From positions 84,508,001-84,572,000 of the forward strand of contig CM052816.1 in NCBI GenBank assembly GCA_028534125.1: a stretch of 64,000 nucleotides of DNA. Reading direction: 5' to 3'. The notes below the pieces were generated by a model that saw only the letters and a list, made by a program, of their open reading frames with translations, ran no database searches and was not told where the DNA came from. Positions within the stretch are counted from its first letter, which is position 1. Each line of letters begins with the position of its first letter. Positions 23,873 to 38,578 of the stretch are shown piece after piece. The stretch is from Lama glama. Its lineage: Eukaryota. The position numbers and the translations under genes were made by a program.

Positions 23873-26232
23873 ATTTTTAAAATGAGATATTTTAGAATTC
23901 TTTGGCAGTAAAGAAGAATGGCAGCCAAACCAAAAATTCATGGAATATGAAGGGAAAATATTGACACGGAGGTAAACCCAAAACAGCATTGTAAATTAAG
24001 TCATGATTAACTAGATAGAATGTGACTAGAACTGAGTCAGTGAAAATATACAGAAGTGAAGGAACAGAACAAAATCAAATAATGCAACAAATTAGCACTG
24101 ATGGAGTATAGTTTCCATTTGGAGAGTGTCATGACAGGAGGTCACAGATGAAATGAGGACACAAATTATTACAAATCCTGAGTGCATTACAAAGAATTTT
24201 GCTTTTGGTATAAAAAGAACATGGGGAAAGCAAATGATTGTAAGAAGGAAAACAGCAGGTTCATAACTGTTTTTTGGAAAAATCTTCTCTGGCTGTATGG
24301 TTTAAGTGTCAGGTAAAGTGCCTGTGAAAGTATTTCCATAATTTGTTATAAAAATAGAAATCAGTTTGGTGAGTAAAATAATACAGAATAGTAATAGTAA
24401 TGTAAGTAAAAACATTAAAAAAATCATTTAAAAATAGCATCACACATACACATATGTGCATACAAATATACATCACTATACTTCTTGTATAGGTAAGTAA
24501 AATTATCTTCTAATGAAGTAAATTATCTCAGTTTTTAAGTTTTAAATTAAACAAGAATATTTGCCACCATTAACTTAGTTTCAGATAACATGTACACCTT
24601 TCCAAAGTGTGTCCAGTACAGACTTTTCCACTAAGCAGTAATTTTCCATTTGCATAAAGGCAATTTCACCTTCATTTTTCACAAATATTTCAAATACAAC
24701 TTGTTCCAAACAGCATTCTCTTTCACGACATCCACAAAACCTATTTCCAATGATTGCTTACATCACTTATTACCATCCTCTTAGTCAACCAGCAGAAAGT
24801 CTTAACAATACGACTCAAATTTTCTTCTTAGTTTGCTGAGAAGAATGTTCGATCAAGAAATCCTACGGAAGACATACCCTTAATATAATTTAACTCCATT
24901 TCTCTTGTTCAGTCACCTGGTGAATTAGAACAGATTTATTATTCTAAACAATAGAATAGTTCATGTTGGTAATTTATTTTCCATAATTTCTACAATGATT
25001 GGTGAAACTTGGCTAGCCTTTGTATTTTCAGTCTGACTGCTACTTGACTCCATATTCCATTTCAGTGCCAGTCCTTTCTCCAAAACACGAACCATGTATC
25101 TTTCTCCCACTTACATATTGTTTCAGTTCTTCTCTATTGCCCTCAGAAATAAGATTTTTCAGAATATCCACTGAAGCCTATTTTTATCTCGAGCTCTCTT
25201 AACTCCTGGATTTATACTGTCACTCCTTTTTCCTTCCATTTCCACACCTATGTTTCCGCTAATTGTGCTTTACCTAATTCAGTAATTGTTTTGGGTTTCA
25301 TTCCTTAGTTTATGCTTTTCCTTTGACCAAAATCTCCCTTTACTTCCTTCTTATTCCACCTAACTAAAAGAGGCTTCTTCTCCAAGACTGAATTATTCAT
25401 AGACTCCCCTCCCACAATATTTTACAAACCACTTCAGGTTAGTATATTTTCTATTTGCTCCAATAGAATCTTAGAGTCGTAGGTGGAGCTGTTCAGTATC
25501 TTAGTAAACAAATCACAGTGCTATTTCAAGCACCCTTAGGCCATGTTTTCTTATCATTTATTAATATTTTGTAGACTTCTATCACTTACATTCTTGGAAG
25601 TCCACTCTGAATCAATTGTAAGGACACAAATATCATCCTTTAAAGTACCTTCAAAATGTCAATTTAAAATTTATAAGACAAGCATAAGGCAGTCCTTATT
25701 CCTATCCACATCCCTGTTTAAAAGTGTTCTAACATCTTCAGAAATTGTTTCCCAAAAAAGACAGCTGACACAATGTTTAATAAGAAGAGAAAGAAAATGA
25801 AAGTTTATAAAAGATGGAAACTGCCTGCAGTTAGATAATAAGCTCTTTATTCTTTGCAGTCTACTGGGCACACCAGCAACCTCCAATTGATGTTGCTTTA
25901 TTTTAGAAAGTGTATCCTTTTTCCTAGAAGACAGTCATTCCTTGACAGACTTCACACTACTAATCACAGATTAATCTCCATAAAATACCTTATGTCTATT
26001 CCTCAAGCCCCTTGAAAAGCCCTGTATTTGTATGTGCAATTTTATATTAGCATGACCTCAGTGAACTTCAGACCCTTCAAATTTAAGCATTAAATGAAGT
26101 ACACCATAAAATGAGGCATAAGAAGTGAAATTATTTTCTTTATGTTGAATATTATACCCTGTTTACCATAATTTTGTTAAAAATTTTTACAAAACTAGTA
26201 TAATAACTGACTGAATTCTAACCAATAACCAA

Positions 26233-26608
26233 TTTTTTTAAATTGAGACATAATTGTCGTATAACATTGTGTAAGTGCACAGTGTGTTGATCTGATGCAT
26301 TTATATATTGCAAGATAATTGCCACCACAGTGTTAGCTGACACCTACATCATGTCAGGTAATATCTTTTGTGTGGTGAAAACAATTAAGATCTAGTCTTT
26401 TAGCAACTTTGAAGTTCCTGACAGTATTGTTGAAAACAATTGCTACGTTGTATGTTAGCTCTCCAGAACTTATTCATCTACTAATTTTGAGTTTGTGTCC
26501 TTAAATGACATCTCCCCAATTTCTCCACCACCCAGTTCCTGGTAACCATCCTTCTATTCTGTTTCTATGAGTTTGGCTGTTTTAGATTCCACATAAAAAT
26601 GATATCAG
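26233..26608 (-). mobile_element. L1MA9-like 3' end
   Basis: ttttgtgtggtgaaaacaattaagatctagtcttttagcaactttgaag...ctccagaacttattcatct...cctggtaaccatccttctattctgtttctatgagtttggctgttttagattccacat. Confidence 0.9.
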
Positions 26609-28059
26609 AATGTTTTGAAATGAAAAGTTAGCATGCATTTTTTTCTCCCCAATTTTACCAGATTGATTCCGTTCTAAAGTTAAATTTTAGTTATGCTAGC
26701 GGAGTGGACTGATAGAAGTCTAAGATCCCTTCAGCAACCTGTTACTCACACAGACTTGGGTTTCAGTCTTTAGAGGATGTAGCAGTGTCTGATGTATTTC
26801 CTATATGGAGTCATACTAAGCCTATCAGAGCAAATATGGAATTTATTACAGTATAGCTATGACCAGTCAATAAATCTAGACTATTGCTCTAATGCATTTC
26901 TGAAGAACCAATCATGTCAGTCTTTGTATACCACACATTTCCTGGTTGACAAAATTCACATTTCTAAATTGCATTCAACCTTCAAAAATATTCTTCTATC
27001 CAATCCTGAGGCTGCAACTGGAGAGACTTAAGATATATTAGGTACCCATGACCTGATATACACTTTGAGAATATCCAAATGTTAAAATACATTAGTGCAT
27101 AATGTGAAACAGATCTTTTTTTTGCACGTGACTTTTATTTTTGTCAGTAACATAATGAAGCACATTGATTCATGCCATTTTTGGTAGTAACTTGTGAAGT
27201 TCACATCAAGTTTCTTGCTCACTTAAAATGCTTCCCTAAAGGTGATCAAATAAATAAAGATCATTAACATCTGAAAATCTATAACGTCAATAACTTTGGT
27301 TATTTTTAGATTTTAGTGTCTCTTCAAAAGATAAAACGGTACATATGAAAGACTCAGGAAATAAGAGCAAATTTTTCATAGTGACACAAAAGATTATCAA
27401 TGAAATTAAAATACTAAATAAAAAATAAGTATGTATCATATATTAACATTGATAAATAATTCTGTTTTACGATTTGGTATTTTGGAAACCTGTCCATTCT
27501 ATATTATAATCAGCGAAAAAATTTTTCTCCGGTTGAATGTATATACTGATGTAATCAGATACATACTGATTACTTTCTACTACTGATCAGGTAGAATACT
27601 GTTTCTTTTGTATGAGAACAAATAATAGAGCCTAAAATATATGGACACAAAATATTGAGTGTGTGATCAATAATTCTGCACTATTGTTTAATATAAAATC
27701 CTTCTAAAGCATAATGTCTGGGAAATGATGGGAAGTAGATATATATAAAAATACAAAATAAAAAAATTAAATAATATAGAAGATATGAGGTTTAACAGAC
27801 CTTTGAAGGATCTTGTCTCTTTAAGAAAGCCTCCGTACTGCCACTGATGCCGTTAGTAGGTGGACTGGAGTATTTGAACAACCTTTTGTGTTATAATTGA
27901 CCTCTGTGCTTTTATCATTCTATGTGTGAATCTAAACTTCATTCTTTAGACTAAATACATTACTACAATTTCATTACTAATTACATAGAAGACAGTAAAC
28001 ACATTTGTGAAAACAATCTTTCAAATAAGCATTTTAGCCTAGTCATTGACTGTGGAGCA

Positions 28060-28210
28060 ATACAGCTGGAGTTCAATTTTGTTTTCCTACTCACAATCTA
28101 ATAATCTTCACAAATTACTTAACCGTCCCATGCCTCAGTTTCCTCATATACAACACAGGATAATTTTACCTAACATAGATTTTTATGAAGATTAAGTGAT
28201 TGCTTCTAAA
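28060..28210 (+). mobile_element. MIR SINE
   Basis: caaattacttaaccgtcccatgcctcagtttcctcatatacaa...atgaagattaagtga. Confidence 0.85.
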
Positions 28211-28307
28211 GTTTTTGAATAGTTGGTGAATTTCACTATGTACACAGATATGTTAGTATTTCCATTCTTCCTGCTAAAGGTAATTTGGTCCAGTGTCAAA
28301 TACGGAG

Positions 28308-29020
28308 ATCATTGGTTCTAACCTGACATCTATGTAGTCTGTGGGTGGGCTGGGATGGGGGTGAGCTTGGCTGGGGAAAAGTATATTTTTAAATCACAGA
28401 TGTTTTTATTTGACATTATACTTTCGCCTAAATCTAAAAATACCATTTATAGTTTCCACTACTGCAAAATCACAGTAGTTATTTTGATCAGGAAAATACC
28501 AGTGATTGCCATTTTGCTCTCTATAGATGCTTGTGCAGTAAAACTGGCCATGTATCGAGCTACTTTGAGCCTAGAAGTCATTTGGCCACAAAATACTTTA
28601 GATGATGAGTTCTCCATTGTTAACCCAGACAAAGAAGTTGCTCTGCAGCATTAACAATTGAGAATCATTTGTCCGTCAGTACGGAGAAAGAATTTAATCA
28701 ACAACCAGGCTAGAGTTTAATGTTAAGCAATTAGGTCTACACTGGTCTGTCTTACAAGATAAAACGTAGCTTGCCTAAATTTAAATGTTTCTTGTTATTT
28801 ATTGTGTTGAGAAGTGTATATATACTATTATATCACAATTTATAAAGTATTTTAATAACATTTCAATGTATTTGCTTTTCTTTGTAATACTATGTATTTA
28901 TGTTTTATTTATGTATTTTAAAATGTTATTTTGACAAGTAGTCTACAGACTTTTAACAGATTGCCAGAGTAGGCCATGGCACGTGTGCTCGCACACACAC
29001 ACTTACAGAATGCCTCTTCT
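28308..29020 (+). mobile_element. hAT-Charlie non-autonomous element (MER113-like)
   Basis: cattggttctaacct start; aaatcacagatgttttt...cagtagttatt; tcttgttattt...tttctttgtaatactatgtattt...cagattgccagagtaggccatggcac end region. Confidence 0.65.
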
Positions 29021-29079
29021 AAGTATTTTGTACAAGCTCAAATGAAACCTCCATAGAACCTTCACTGTTTTTCCAAACA

Positions 29080-29290
29080 GATAATAATAATAGCTACTAC
29101 TTGTTATATAAGTTACTACATTCCAGGCAGGCACTTTACACATACTATTCTAATAAATCTGTATAGCAATATTGCAGGCTATTTATTTTCATCCTCAGTT
29201 TAAAATGCAATCCAAAGAAGTTAAATAAAAACTCAAGGCTATCCAGACAGGAAAAGGTTGGTTGGTTGAGAATTAGAAATCGTGACTTTT
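29080..29290 (-). mobile_element. MIR SINE
   Basis: ataataataatagctactacttg...ttactacattccaggcaggcactttacacat...agaagttaaataaaaactcaaggct. Confidence 0.7.
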
Positions 29291-30534
29291 TAAAAAACAA
29301 GTTTTAATACATCCTATTCCTGTTTTATTTTTCTGCAGCTATTTTTGTCCTTTCTGTTCTTTGTAAATTGTAAGGGGCGATATTATTTATCTCAATATAC
29401 CTTGTGGCAATCTGCTTAGGAATTTATGCATAGTCAGTATGTATTTATTAGACAAACCAAAGCATGCGTTTAAAGAGGAGAAGCAAAAACAAAGAAAAAT
29501 AATTAAAATGGCAACAAATAAAAGTTAAACTCATACACTGAATATTTCGAAATTTGAGGTTTTTTCATTATTAATTCATTTAGATTATATAATAACCATT
29601 CCAAAGTTTTTGTTTTAACCTTTGTTTTTGCTTTTCCAATTTATAAGACCTTAAAGAATCATTTCAAAAATAGAGTCCAGGCCTCTATGTACGTATTTCT
29701 TAATAATAGCATTTCCATTCTTAAGGAAAATAAAATATGCTTTGTTCACCGCATAAAAATGCATAATGGTTAAAAATACTACTCTATAAAAAGAGTTATT
29801 ATATCCCTAGATTGCATTTATTTTCCAAATTAGCCTGCTTTTCTTTCTAGAACCTTTTCTTAATGTAACTAATCATAATAATATCAATAATATATTACCT
29901 TTTCTTCTAGAAACTACTTCTAAATTCTCCCATAGAAGCAAATGATTACTTTTTTTTCTTTTAAGGAAACTAGGTAAGATTATAAAGTTTACACAATCTC
30001 ACAAACTTTGATGTTAGGGATCAAAACCCCAATCTGTCTGGCATAAACATCTTTTTCACACAGTAGTATTATCTGTTGATTGCTTTGAACTAGTTGCACT
30101 GTACTGAGTGCTTTAACATATATTTAAATTAAGCATGGCAAGAAAAAAATTCCATGCTTTATTTTTCTTAAGTTTTTCATAAGAAGCAGCTAAAGAATCA
30201 GTAATTTTAGAAAACTACTCTTGCTTATACAGAGTCTGATTTGAAGACTGTAAGTATAGTCTTTCACAGGCGTATTCTCAACCATTAAGAGAGTCAGTCT
30301 CCTTAGGAGACAGATCAATGTTTATTGAGATCCTAACACATCAGGCTTTGTTGTATCCTTTAGGAAAACCCTGTACTACATTTATTTATCAAAAAGTAAG
30401 TGACATATTACTTAATCATTTTCTGTCTCTCCTCTATGACATTTCTTATGGAAATAATTATTGAGTGATTACTATGTGCCAGGCAGTGTTCTCCTTGCTG
30501 GGGACAAAGGAATGTGTAATTCTGTGGAGTCTGC

Positions 30535-31420
30535 ATTTAGAAATTTCCTCTTTAAGTAAGGGATCATTTAGAAGTGAACTGCTTAACTTCCAAATATTTG
30601 GGGCTTTACTAGATTACTATGACTGACTTCTAATTAGACTTCTCTTTGGCTAGAGAATACACTCTATACCCTGAGAATCCCTTTAAATTTTCAATGCTAG
30701 TGTTATGGTATAGTGAATGGTCTATCTTGGCAAATACACATATTCACTTGAGACAAATGTGTATTCTATAGTTTGGGGATATAATGTTCTATAAATACAA
30801 ATTAAATCAAGGCATTGTTCAGATATATATCTTTATTTTTACTTATTTATTCTTATTGACTGGTAGTTATATCAACTGCTAAGTGATACAATCTTTTATA
30901 ATGATTGTAGAAATTCATTCTCCTTTTTCAGCTTCTGTCCATTTTAGCTTCACCTATTTTGAGATTCTTTTATTAGGTACATAATTGATCACTGTCATTT
31001 TTTCTGATGAAGTTTCTTTTTTATCACTATGAAATATTACTTTGTGTCTCTCGTAATACTCATTTTATTGAAGTTTTTCTCTGAACTTAATATATCCACT
31101 TCAAGTTGCATATGCTAACTCTGTTTGATATATATTTTATCACAATTTAATTGTAGCCTAGCTGTGTATTTATGTTCAAAGTGAATTTGTTGTAGGCAAT
31201 AAGAAGTTATATCTAGCTTTTTATATTCACTCTGCCTGTCTCTAACAATCTCTTCCTCTGATTTTATGAATGTTTGGATGGTTTTCTTGGACCTTATATT
31301 CGGCATTTTCTGAGTTTCCTGAATTCGTAAATGTATGTCATTCACTGCATCTGGATGTTTTTGTACAGTAGTTTTTAAAATATGCCCCAATCTTGTTTAA
31401 TTTTGCATTAATGATAACTT
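30535..31420 (-). mobile_element. Ancient L1M (ORF2 5' part / ORF1) remnant
   Basis: atttagaagtgaactgcttaacttccaaatatttggg...tggtctatcttggcaaatacac...cacttgagacaaatgtgtattct; ORF 31115-31390(-) has ORF1-like HLRIQETQKMPN. Confidence 0.8.
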
Positions 31421-31541
31421 CACTCTCTGGGCTTTTTCAGGATTAATATTTCATGATAATGTTTCCCCTTGAGAATCCGCTTAATTTCCAAAGTTCTTTG
31501 ATAATTTTTTAATTCATTAATTTTGTTTTAAAAATTTGTTG

Positions 31542-31588
31542 AGTTTATAGTTGCAATTAGTTTATAGTTTGCAATTTATAGTTGCAAT
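31542..31588. repeat. Short tandem repeat, ~3 x tttatagttgcaa
   Basis: agtttatagttgcaatt agtttatagtttgcaa tttatagttgcaat. Confidence 0.8.
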
Positions 31589-34500
31589 AAACTTGTTAAG
31601 TCTCCTCCCTGATATTTTCCTTAATATAAATCAGAATTTCACACAATCAATAGAGTGATTTTTTTTAAATTGACAGGCTTGAATATTTATTTAGATTCCA
31701 TACAAAGAAGCCAGATACAGGTTTTATTTAGTCATGTTAACATAATCTATATTTAGATAAATATACACATAAAAATAAAGTTCTTTAATTATGTTTGATT
31801 TTGGTACACATTTATCAAATAGACCCTGTTTTTTTCCCTTATATTTGTTTCAATTGTTAAACATATGGCTATTTACCATTTATTCTCTAAACACTTTGCA
31901 GCTATAAGAAAAAACTGAATTTTGTACATATAACAATATTTAGTGGATTTACTAAAGTTTTTAAATTTCTCATAATTTTAATTAATAATTTGATTTATTT
32001 CCCAGAGATAGAAAATTGTGTCATTTAAACAACTTTTACTAGGCTTTCCAGTTTTTATATATTTTATTTGCTTTATTTTATATTATATAATTTGCTTTAT
32101 CTATGATTAATGATAATGAAGCTATTTTATATAATTTTATTTTACCTTTAAATATTATATTGGCCTTTATGGCATCTGTTGATATAATACTGAGATATAT
32201 ACATATTCATAGATCGCTCTACATTGACATGTTCTCTCACTATACAGAGAATGCTCGAACTCTATTACTGATTCTTCCTTAGACACATAACACTTTATCC
32301 ACCCTTAACTTCATTCTGTCCAGACAATATGTGGATGAGTTCATATGAATTCACTGATTAGTTAGGAAAGAAGAATTTCACATAAAAAAATACAAATCTC
32401 TTTCCTGTTTTTTTGGAGCTAGAAGGTCCTCATAGGCCTTATGCCCTCTTCTTCTCACTGGCCCACTGTAAAAGGGTCTGTTCCCAAGGAAAAATCTGTT
32501 TCTAGCATCCCCTTACACACATTTATCACTCTATTCAATTCTCAGATCAAGTATTATAAAACGCCCTACAAAAATTCACTAATAAGGTACACAGTTAATT
32601 TCACCTCTATCTTTTCTGATTCAGTTTCTCATTTTGTTCAGAACTTGGGCACACAGAGGTGTGTTATTTGTTGGCCTCCCTAAACGCCAGCATTTTATTA
32701 TTCTTAACCTAGTTGTTTGTACTACTGATCCTATGAATTCTATTTCATCGTATATGTAACATTCTAATTTTTCAGCTATACTCAACATTTTACTTATGTT
32801 AGAATCAAAATAGGAATTTTTGCTTCCTTGCAGTTAGAAAGTTTTATGGCCCTCATTGGTTATACTTTGAACATTTTCAAAGAATGTCATAGGTTTATTA
32901 TGTTTTCTTTGTAATCTTGGACTCAAGATTCAGATTGTTCTCAAATTACAATATAAATATTTTGGGGGATTTGTAAGTAGTCACCATCAATTTTCCACAT
33001 CCACATGGAATGAGTGAAATAGGAAAAGTATAGTATTGGTCCATTGTAGAAACATACCAGAATAATAAATTCAATCTAGTCTGACAAGGGTATTTAAATT
33101 AGTATTATAGATAATTGTTACAATGGTGACTAGTTTTATCTCCTATCAATAATACAGTTATATTTCTCATGCCTAACTCTCTAAGTCAATTTGAAATTCA
33201 GGTTAGTTACAACTTTCACTGATTATAAATGCTGTTTTGGTTTGGCATTTTTCATTCTTTCAAATTAAAGCAATGGAAACTAAAAATTAAAGCATTTGAT
33301 GTGTTGAAATTATTCTAAAGTGTGCATAGTGATTAAAATCACTGAAAGGCTTTACATTTTATGGGCACTCTACTGTGGGAGCACTTCAATAATTTTAAAT
33401 TACTCTTCACTATACAAAGCAATTTAAATTTATTGGAAATGAAATCTGGAAGAGTTCAAATTCTGGGCAATGTTGTACATACTGCTTGAAAATTACTAAG
33501 TGCACTTTAGTGTTTTTTATAAGCACTTCATTTAAAGGTGATCTGAGCTTTTGTGTGGAATAAGATTAGAAAGATTAAGAATTGCTGAAGTCACTCCAAC
33601 CCCAATTCTAATTTGGAAAACTAAAGTTCTTGATAAATAAATTAATTTGATATTGTTTAACTTTTCAACTATTCATATCATACTTTTAAATATGAAAATA
33701 TATTTTGAAATATTTTTGTAAAGTCTTATTTTCCAGAACTTTCACAATTTATTTCAGTGAAATTCCACTGATTATAATTTGTAATGTCAGACTAATAGCC
33801 AAGGGAAGTTCGGAGGAGTTCTGATTCTATTAAAACTGTGCCACCAAATGATGTCACAATAGCTACTATATGCCATTTCAGTATATGCTACTACAAGAAA
33901 GTGCACTATTATGCAAATAAATCGATATTAATATAATATGCATTCATTATCAGTAGGCCTATTATTTATTATATTCTTATAAGTAATACATTAGATATAT
34001 ACATTTCAATAAGTAACTGTTATTTTGGTAGTGTGACTATCTCTTAGGTTAAGGATTGGTGGTCTTAATATGAACAAAATTTTCAGAGAGAGATATAATC
34101 TTCAGAATGATGATATTTGCAAGTGTGATATTAAGGGCACAATCTCTAAAGCTTTAATTCTTAGCAGAGTGTTTTCTCTCCCTCATGTAACTTCAGGTTT
34201 ACATATAAAGCAGCATGCTGTGTAACAGCAGTAAATAATGCCTAGTTTTGTCTACAGATAATAAGTTTCACTTTAAAATGGACCCACCTATTCACAGTAT
34301 CATCCTGAACCTTAAAGAATAGTGATTTCTTTTTTTGGTTCACCTTAGTGAAGAAGTAGGCCCTTAAGCATTTTGTCAGCATTTCAGAGGTGATGAATAA
34401 GCAGGTCTGAAGTACTTCATGCATGCATTTTAATGATTAGAAGGGATTATAATTCTTCCAAGCCTACCTAAAATTCCACAGGAAGCTAACTCCTGAAACT

Positions 34501-35685
34501 GAACCTGCATTATCTGAGGCATCTTTATAAATGAATCTAGAAACGCTGTTCACAGTATTTGCCTCCAGTGACATTCATCCTAATTGAATTGTAAATGAAG
34601 CAGTCAGGGTGTAAACCAACCTAAAGCTTTCTTCACTACTGAAAGGCAGGGAAAAGCCTTCAATACATCCCCTTTCACTGCCAGTAACTCTGAAATGACA
34701 TTGAGAATTGTCCATTCAGAGGTTCTCTTTTTACGGGAAGAGCTTCATATTAAATTGCCTATCTCTTCAAAATGTTCACTAGAGTGTCCTTGAAACAAAA
34801 TAAACTTGAGAGTCAAATTCATATACATCATAACTAAAAATGCTAACTATATATTCCATTTATAAAATAACATTCAGTAGTTTATTAAAATATGGTAAGC
34901 AACCACAGGCTAAATGCTTTGACTAAATTTGGAAGATGCAAGTATCTCTCAAGGTGTCTGGAGACATCAAAATTTATCTTGATTTTAATTCCTGATAAAT
35001 AGTCTACTACACTTTGTAAGTATGTTAATCAAATTTACAGTGGTATTGAGAATCAATTATATTTCTAAAATATACACATTCCAAATGTTAGAGATATAAC
35101 ATGACCTCAAATAATTGTGATAGGAAGAAAAAAATGAATAAATACTTTTTGACTTGATTGGTAATAAATAATTGCCAAGATTTAACAAAAAGTGAAAAAT
35201 AAGTAATTTATAAAATATTTTCTGTAGTTTTTAGAAAAAAGAATCACATTATTATATTTTAGTAAACTGAAGACTCAGTCTGATAGGATAAGGGAGTATA
35301 GTTTAAGAACTACTGTAATCAATAGACCATCTATTCCAAGCAATTTTAGGTTCCCTTACTTGCCTATGTGACTATGTCTGACTGGAATTGACTTTACATT
35401 ATAATTAAAACAACCTAATTTCATTCCATCTTGGCAGAGTCAGCAATTTGAAATAAAGTTAGCAAAAGTAAAGGTGTCAAAGGATTAATAAATAAAATCC
35501 CATGAAATTTAAAGAAAAAGTAGGAGAGCTGAAAAAATAAGTCATTCACACTAGGTGGAGAAAATACTGTGAAGGTTCTTTGGCCACAATACAGTAAGAG
35601 CTTGGAAAAAAGTACAATATGCTCTAAAATTATGTCTGGACTAATGAGAAAGTAAGGGGAAAAGAGAAAAACTGAAATAAACCAT

Positions 35686-35738
35686 GCTATGGGCTAAATT
35701 CTATCTTTCCAAAATTCATATGTTAAGGTCCTGACCCC
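35686..35738 (+). mobile_element. MLT1 LTR 5' fragment
   Basis: tgctatgggctaaattctatctttccaaaattcatatgttaaggtcctgacccc. Confidence 0.75.
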
Positions 35739-35744
35739 TTTTAT

Positions 35745-36720
35745 TCAGTACAGCATGCCTGCCTTTCAAATAAAAATTATAAGACATAATGAATGGTAAA
35801 GAACACAGTTTGAAGAGACTGAACAAACATCAGAACCAGAGTCAAATATGGCAATAATGGTGAGTTTAGAGATTGAGAACAAAAACAAAACAAAAACCTA
35901 TGATTTATATTGCTAAGAGCTTTAACAGAAAAAGTAGACAACATGAAGAACAGATGGGTAATATGACAAATATAAGCAGAGAATGGACATTCTAAGAAAG
36001 AATCCAAAAGATATGCTAGAGTTCAAATACTCTGAAAATAAATAATGCCCTTAATGAGAAAATGCCTTTGATGCCTTTATTAATAGACTGGACATGGCTG
36101 AGAAAAAAATTTATGAGCTTGAGGGTATTTCAACAAAAGCTTTAAACATTGAAAAAAGTAAAGGGAAAACACACTGAAAAAGAATATACAAGGACTGTAG
36201 GAGAAGTACAAAAATTGCATGGAGTAGGAAAAGCAGTATTTCCTCAAATTAATGACCACAGATGCAGGCAGCTCAGAGAACGCAAAGTAGGATAAATGTG
36301 GGGAAAAAAAAATCTTAAAAAAAGCCAGAGGTGGATGGAGGGGACATCTTATCTATAAAGAAGCAACAATAAGAATGACATCTGACTTCTCCTCAAAAAA
36401 CAGGTAAGCAAGAAGAAAGTAGAGTGAAATATTTAAAATATTGAGGAAAAAAAGAAAAACGCCAACTTAGATGTAAGTACACTTCAAAATTATCCTTCAA
36501 AAGTGAAAGAGAACTATGAACTTACCCAGGCAAAAAATGAGGAAATGTGGTAGACCTGTTTTGCAGAAAATGTTAAATGAAGTTCCTTAGAAAGAAGAAA
36601 GATAATAGAAGTCAGACACTGAAATCTACAGAAAGACAGGAAGCACATTAAAGTAGGAATAAGTGAAAATAAAATAAAAACTTTTATTTTTATTATTCTT
36701 AACTGAGCTAAGCAATAGAG
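35745..36720 (+). mobile_element. L1MC-like ORF1 region remnant
   Basis: acacagtttgaagagactgaacaaacatcagaaccagagtcaaatatggca...gaaaaagtagacaacatgaagaacagatgggtaat...aatagactggacatggctgag. Confidence 0.85.
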
Positions 36721-36829
36721 AATTGATGGATAAGTACAAATATATATATTAGAATTCATCCTTATACAAAACATCATTTTCCTGCTGTTATCATAGAGAT
36801 TTTAAAGAAGACCATTTATTTTAAAGGTC

Positions 36830-37020
36830 TACAGTTTTCATTTATTTTACATTAATTATCTCTTTAAAGTAATCTTTATGACAAGACATTGTTATTCCAA
36901 TTTATTGTTTAAGAAACTGAGGTTCAGAAACACCATGAGGTATGTGTAAGTCATAAAATGAGAGGAACTAAAATTTGAAATCGGGTCTGTATAACTTTGA
37001 AAGAATTACTTCCATTCTTT
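36830..37020 (-). mobile_element. MIR SINE
   Basis: ttattccaatttattgtttaagaaactgaggttcagaaa...atttgaaatcgggtctgtataactttgaa. Confidence 0.7.
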
Positions 37021-37499
37021 GTTACCTCTCTGAAGGATAACTCTTGCTAATCTGTTGACAAGTTTTGAAATGTTTCTCACAGTATAACAGTAAGTCACAG
37101 TACAAAAACACTTAGAAAGTTGAATGAAAGTCAAATACCACAGTACAGACCTCTAAACTATTCTCTCTGATGTCTTCTTTATGGAAGAAAACTATTCCTC
37201 AAACAATATTGAAACATAATGTGTAAACTGAGAACACGTTACAAAAGACATGGCATGTTTTAGGCACAAGCCCTGCTTTGATAATGTCAGTAAAAAGCCC
37301 GAACGTAAACTGATGATCTTAGGCATACAAAAGCATATTGTATAAAGCAGTGATAAACCTTATTAAGACATAGGCATGCCAAATTTTGGAGATACCAGAG
37401 TGTTCAATCGCTCTGCTGTGTGGGGTGTTAGGGAAACTAAACTCACACCTAGAACTCGCTTTTACAAAGCTTTCCTTTCCACATTGATTTGCTCTTTTA

Positions 37500-38170
37500 C
37501 TTTAGTTGCGTATCAACTTCCTATAAATGGATGGATCCATAGATTCTCATTTCTGATTAACTGGCATGTCTATGTCTGTGGCTACCACATTATTTTGATT
37601 ATCTAGCATTATGGTAAAATATAGTATCTAGTAGACCAAGCTCCCTTCCCATTCTGTCCAATATTTTCTTGCTAATCATGGCTTCATTAATATTCTGTTT
37701 AAATGTTTCACTCAGTTTGTAAGTTTCAAGGGCAAATTGAAAGAATCTATTAAAGTTGTCAAATTTATAGATTCAATCGGGTACACTGAAAATGTTATAT
37801 CTTATGATTTATATAAATGCTTTACCTCTCAAATAATTCTTAATTTTCCTTAATATATTTTTATAATTTTTAAATATGACTTTCATAACATTTATTAGAT
37901 ATGTCTATGAGCCTTGTAATACATCTGCTGCTATACTTTATTGAACTTTTCAAATAAAGTTAAATTTTCTAATTACTTCATGGTAAATACAAAACTTGAT
38001 TTTTGTATGTTTCCTTCCATCCAGTAACATTACAGATTATTTTATAATGCTAATTTATTTATATGTTGGGGGTTTTATTGAGAAGAATCCACCTACAAAT
38101 CATAATAATATTTTTCTTCCATTGAAGTAATTCATTCTTTCCTTAAGCTACTGTGTTACTTGGCCAGAGA
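37500..38170 (-). mobile_element. Highly decayed L1ME ORF2 remnant
   Basis: aatttatagattcaatcggg...ttgattttgtatgtttccttccatccagtaacatt; antisense L1 pattern. Confidence 0.55.
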
Positions 38171-38344
38171 TTTAATATATATGTTCATGTTATTTTTATA
38201 TATTTTATATTTTTTAAATTTTAAAATAGCATATATTCATTTTAGCAAATAGATTACGTTTTTGATCATAAAGGAAACTGAAAATCCTCCTTCATGAGAA
38301 ATTATATGAGCATAATTTATAGTGATATTTGTATTTTTATAATT

Positions 38345-38578
38345 TTCTTAAATATATTAAGAGGGGAGGTCTCATGTTAAATACTCTTAGCACAGATATC
38401 ACACACACAGACAGACAGAGAAGATAAGGAAAGTTTTGGAGATGGTGAATATGTTTAATGCCTTGATTATGGTGATGGTTTCCACAGGTGTGTACATAAG
38501 TCCAAACTCATCAAAATGTATACATTAAATATGTGAATATTTTTGCACATAAATTATACCTCAATAAACTTAAAAAAT
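38345..38578 (+). mobile_element. L1MA10/L1MB1-like 3' end
   Basis: gttttggagatggtgaatatgtttaatgccttgattatggtgatggtttccacaggtgtgtacataagtccaaactcatcaaaatgtatacattaaatatgtg...tatacctcaataaa. Confidence 0.9.
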
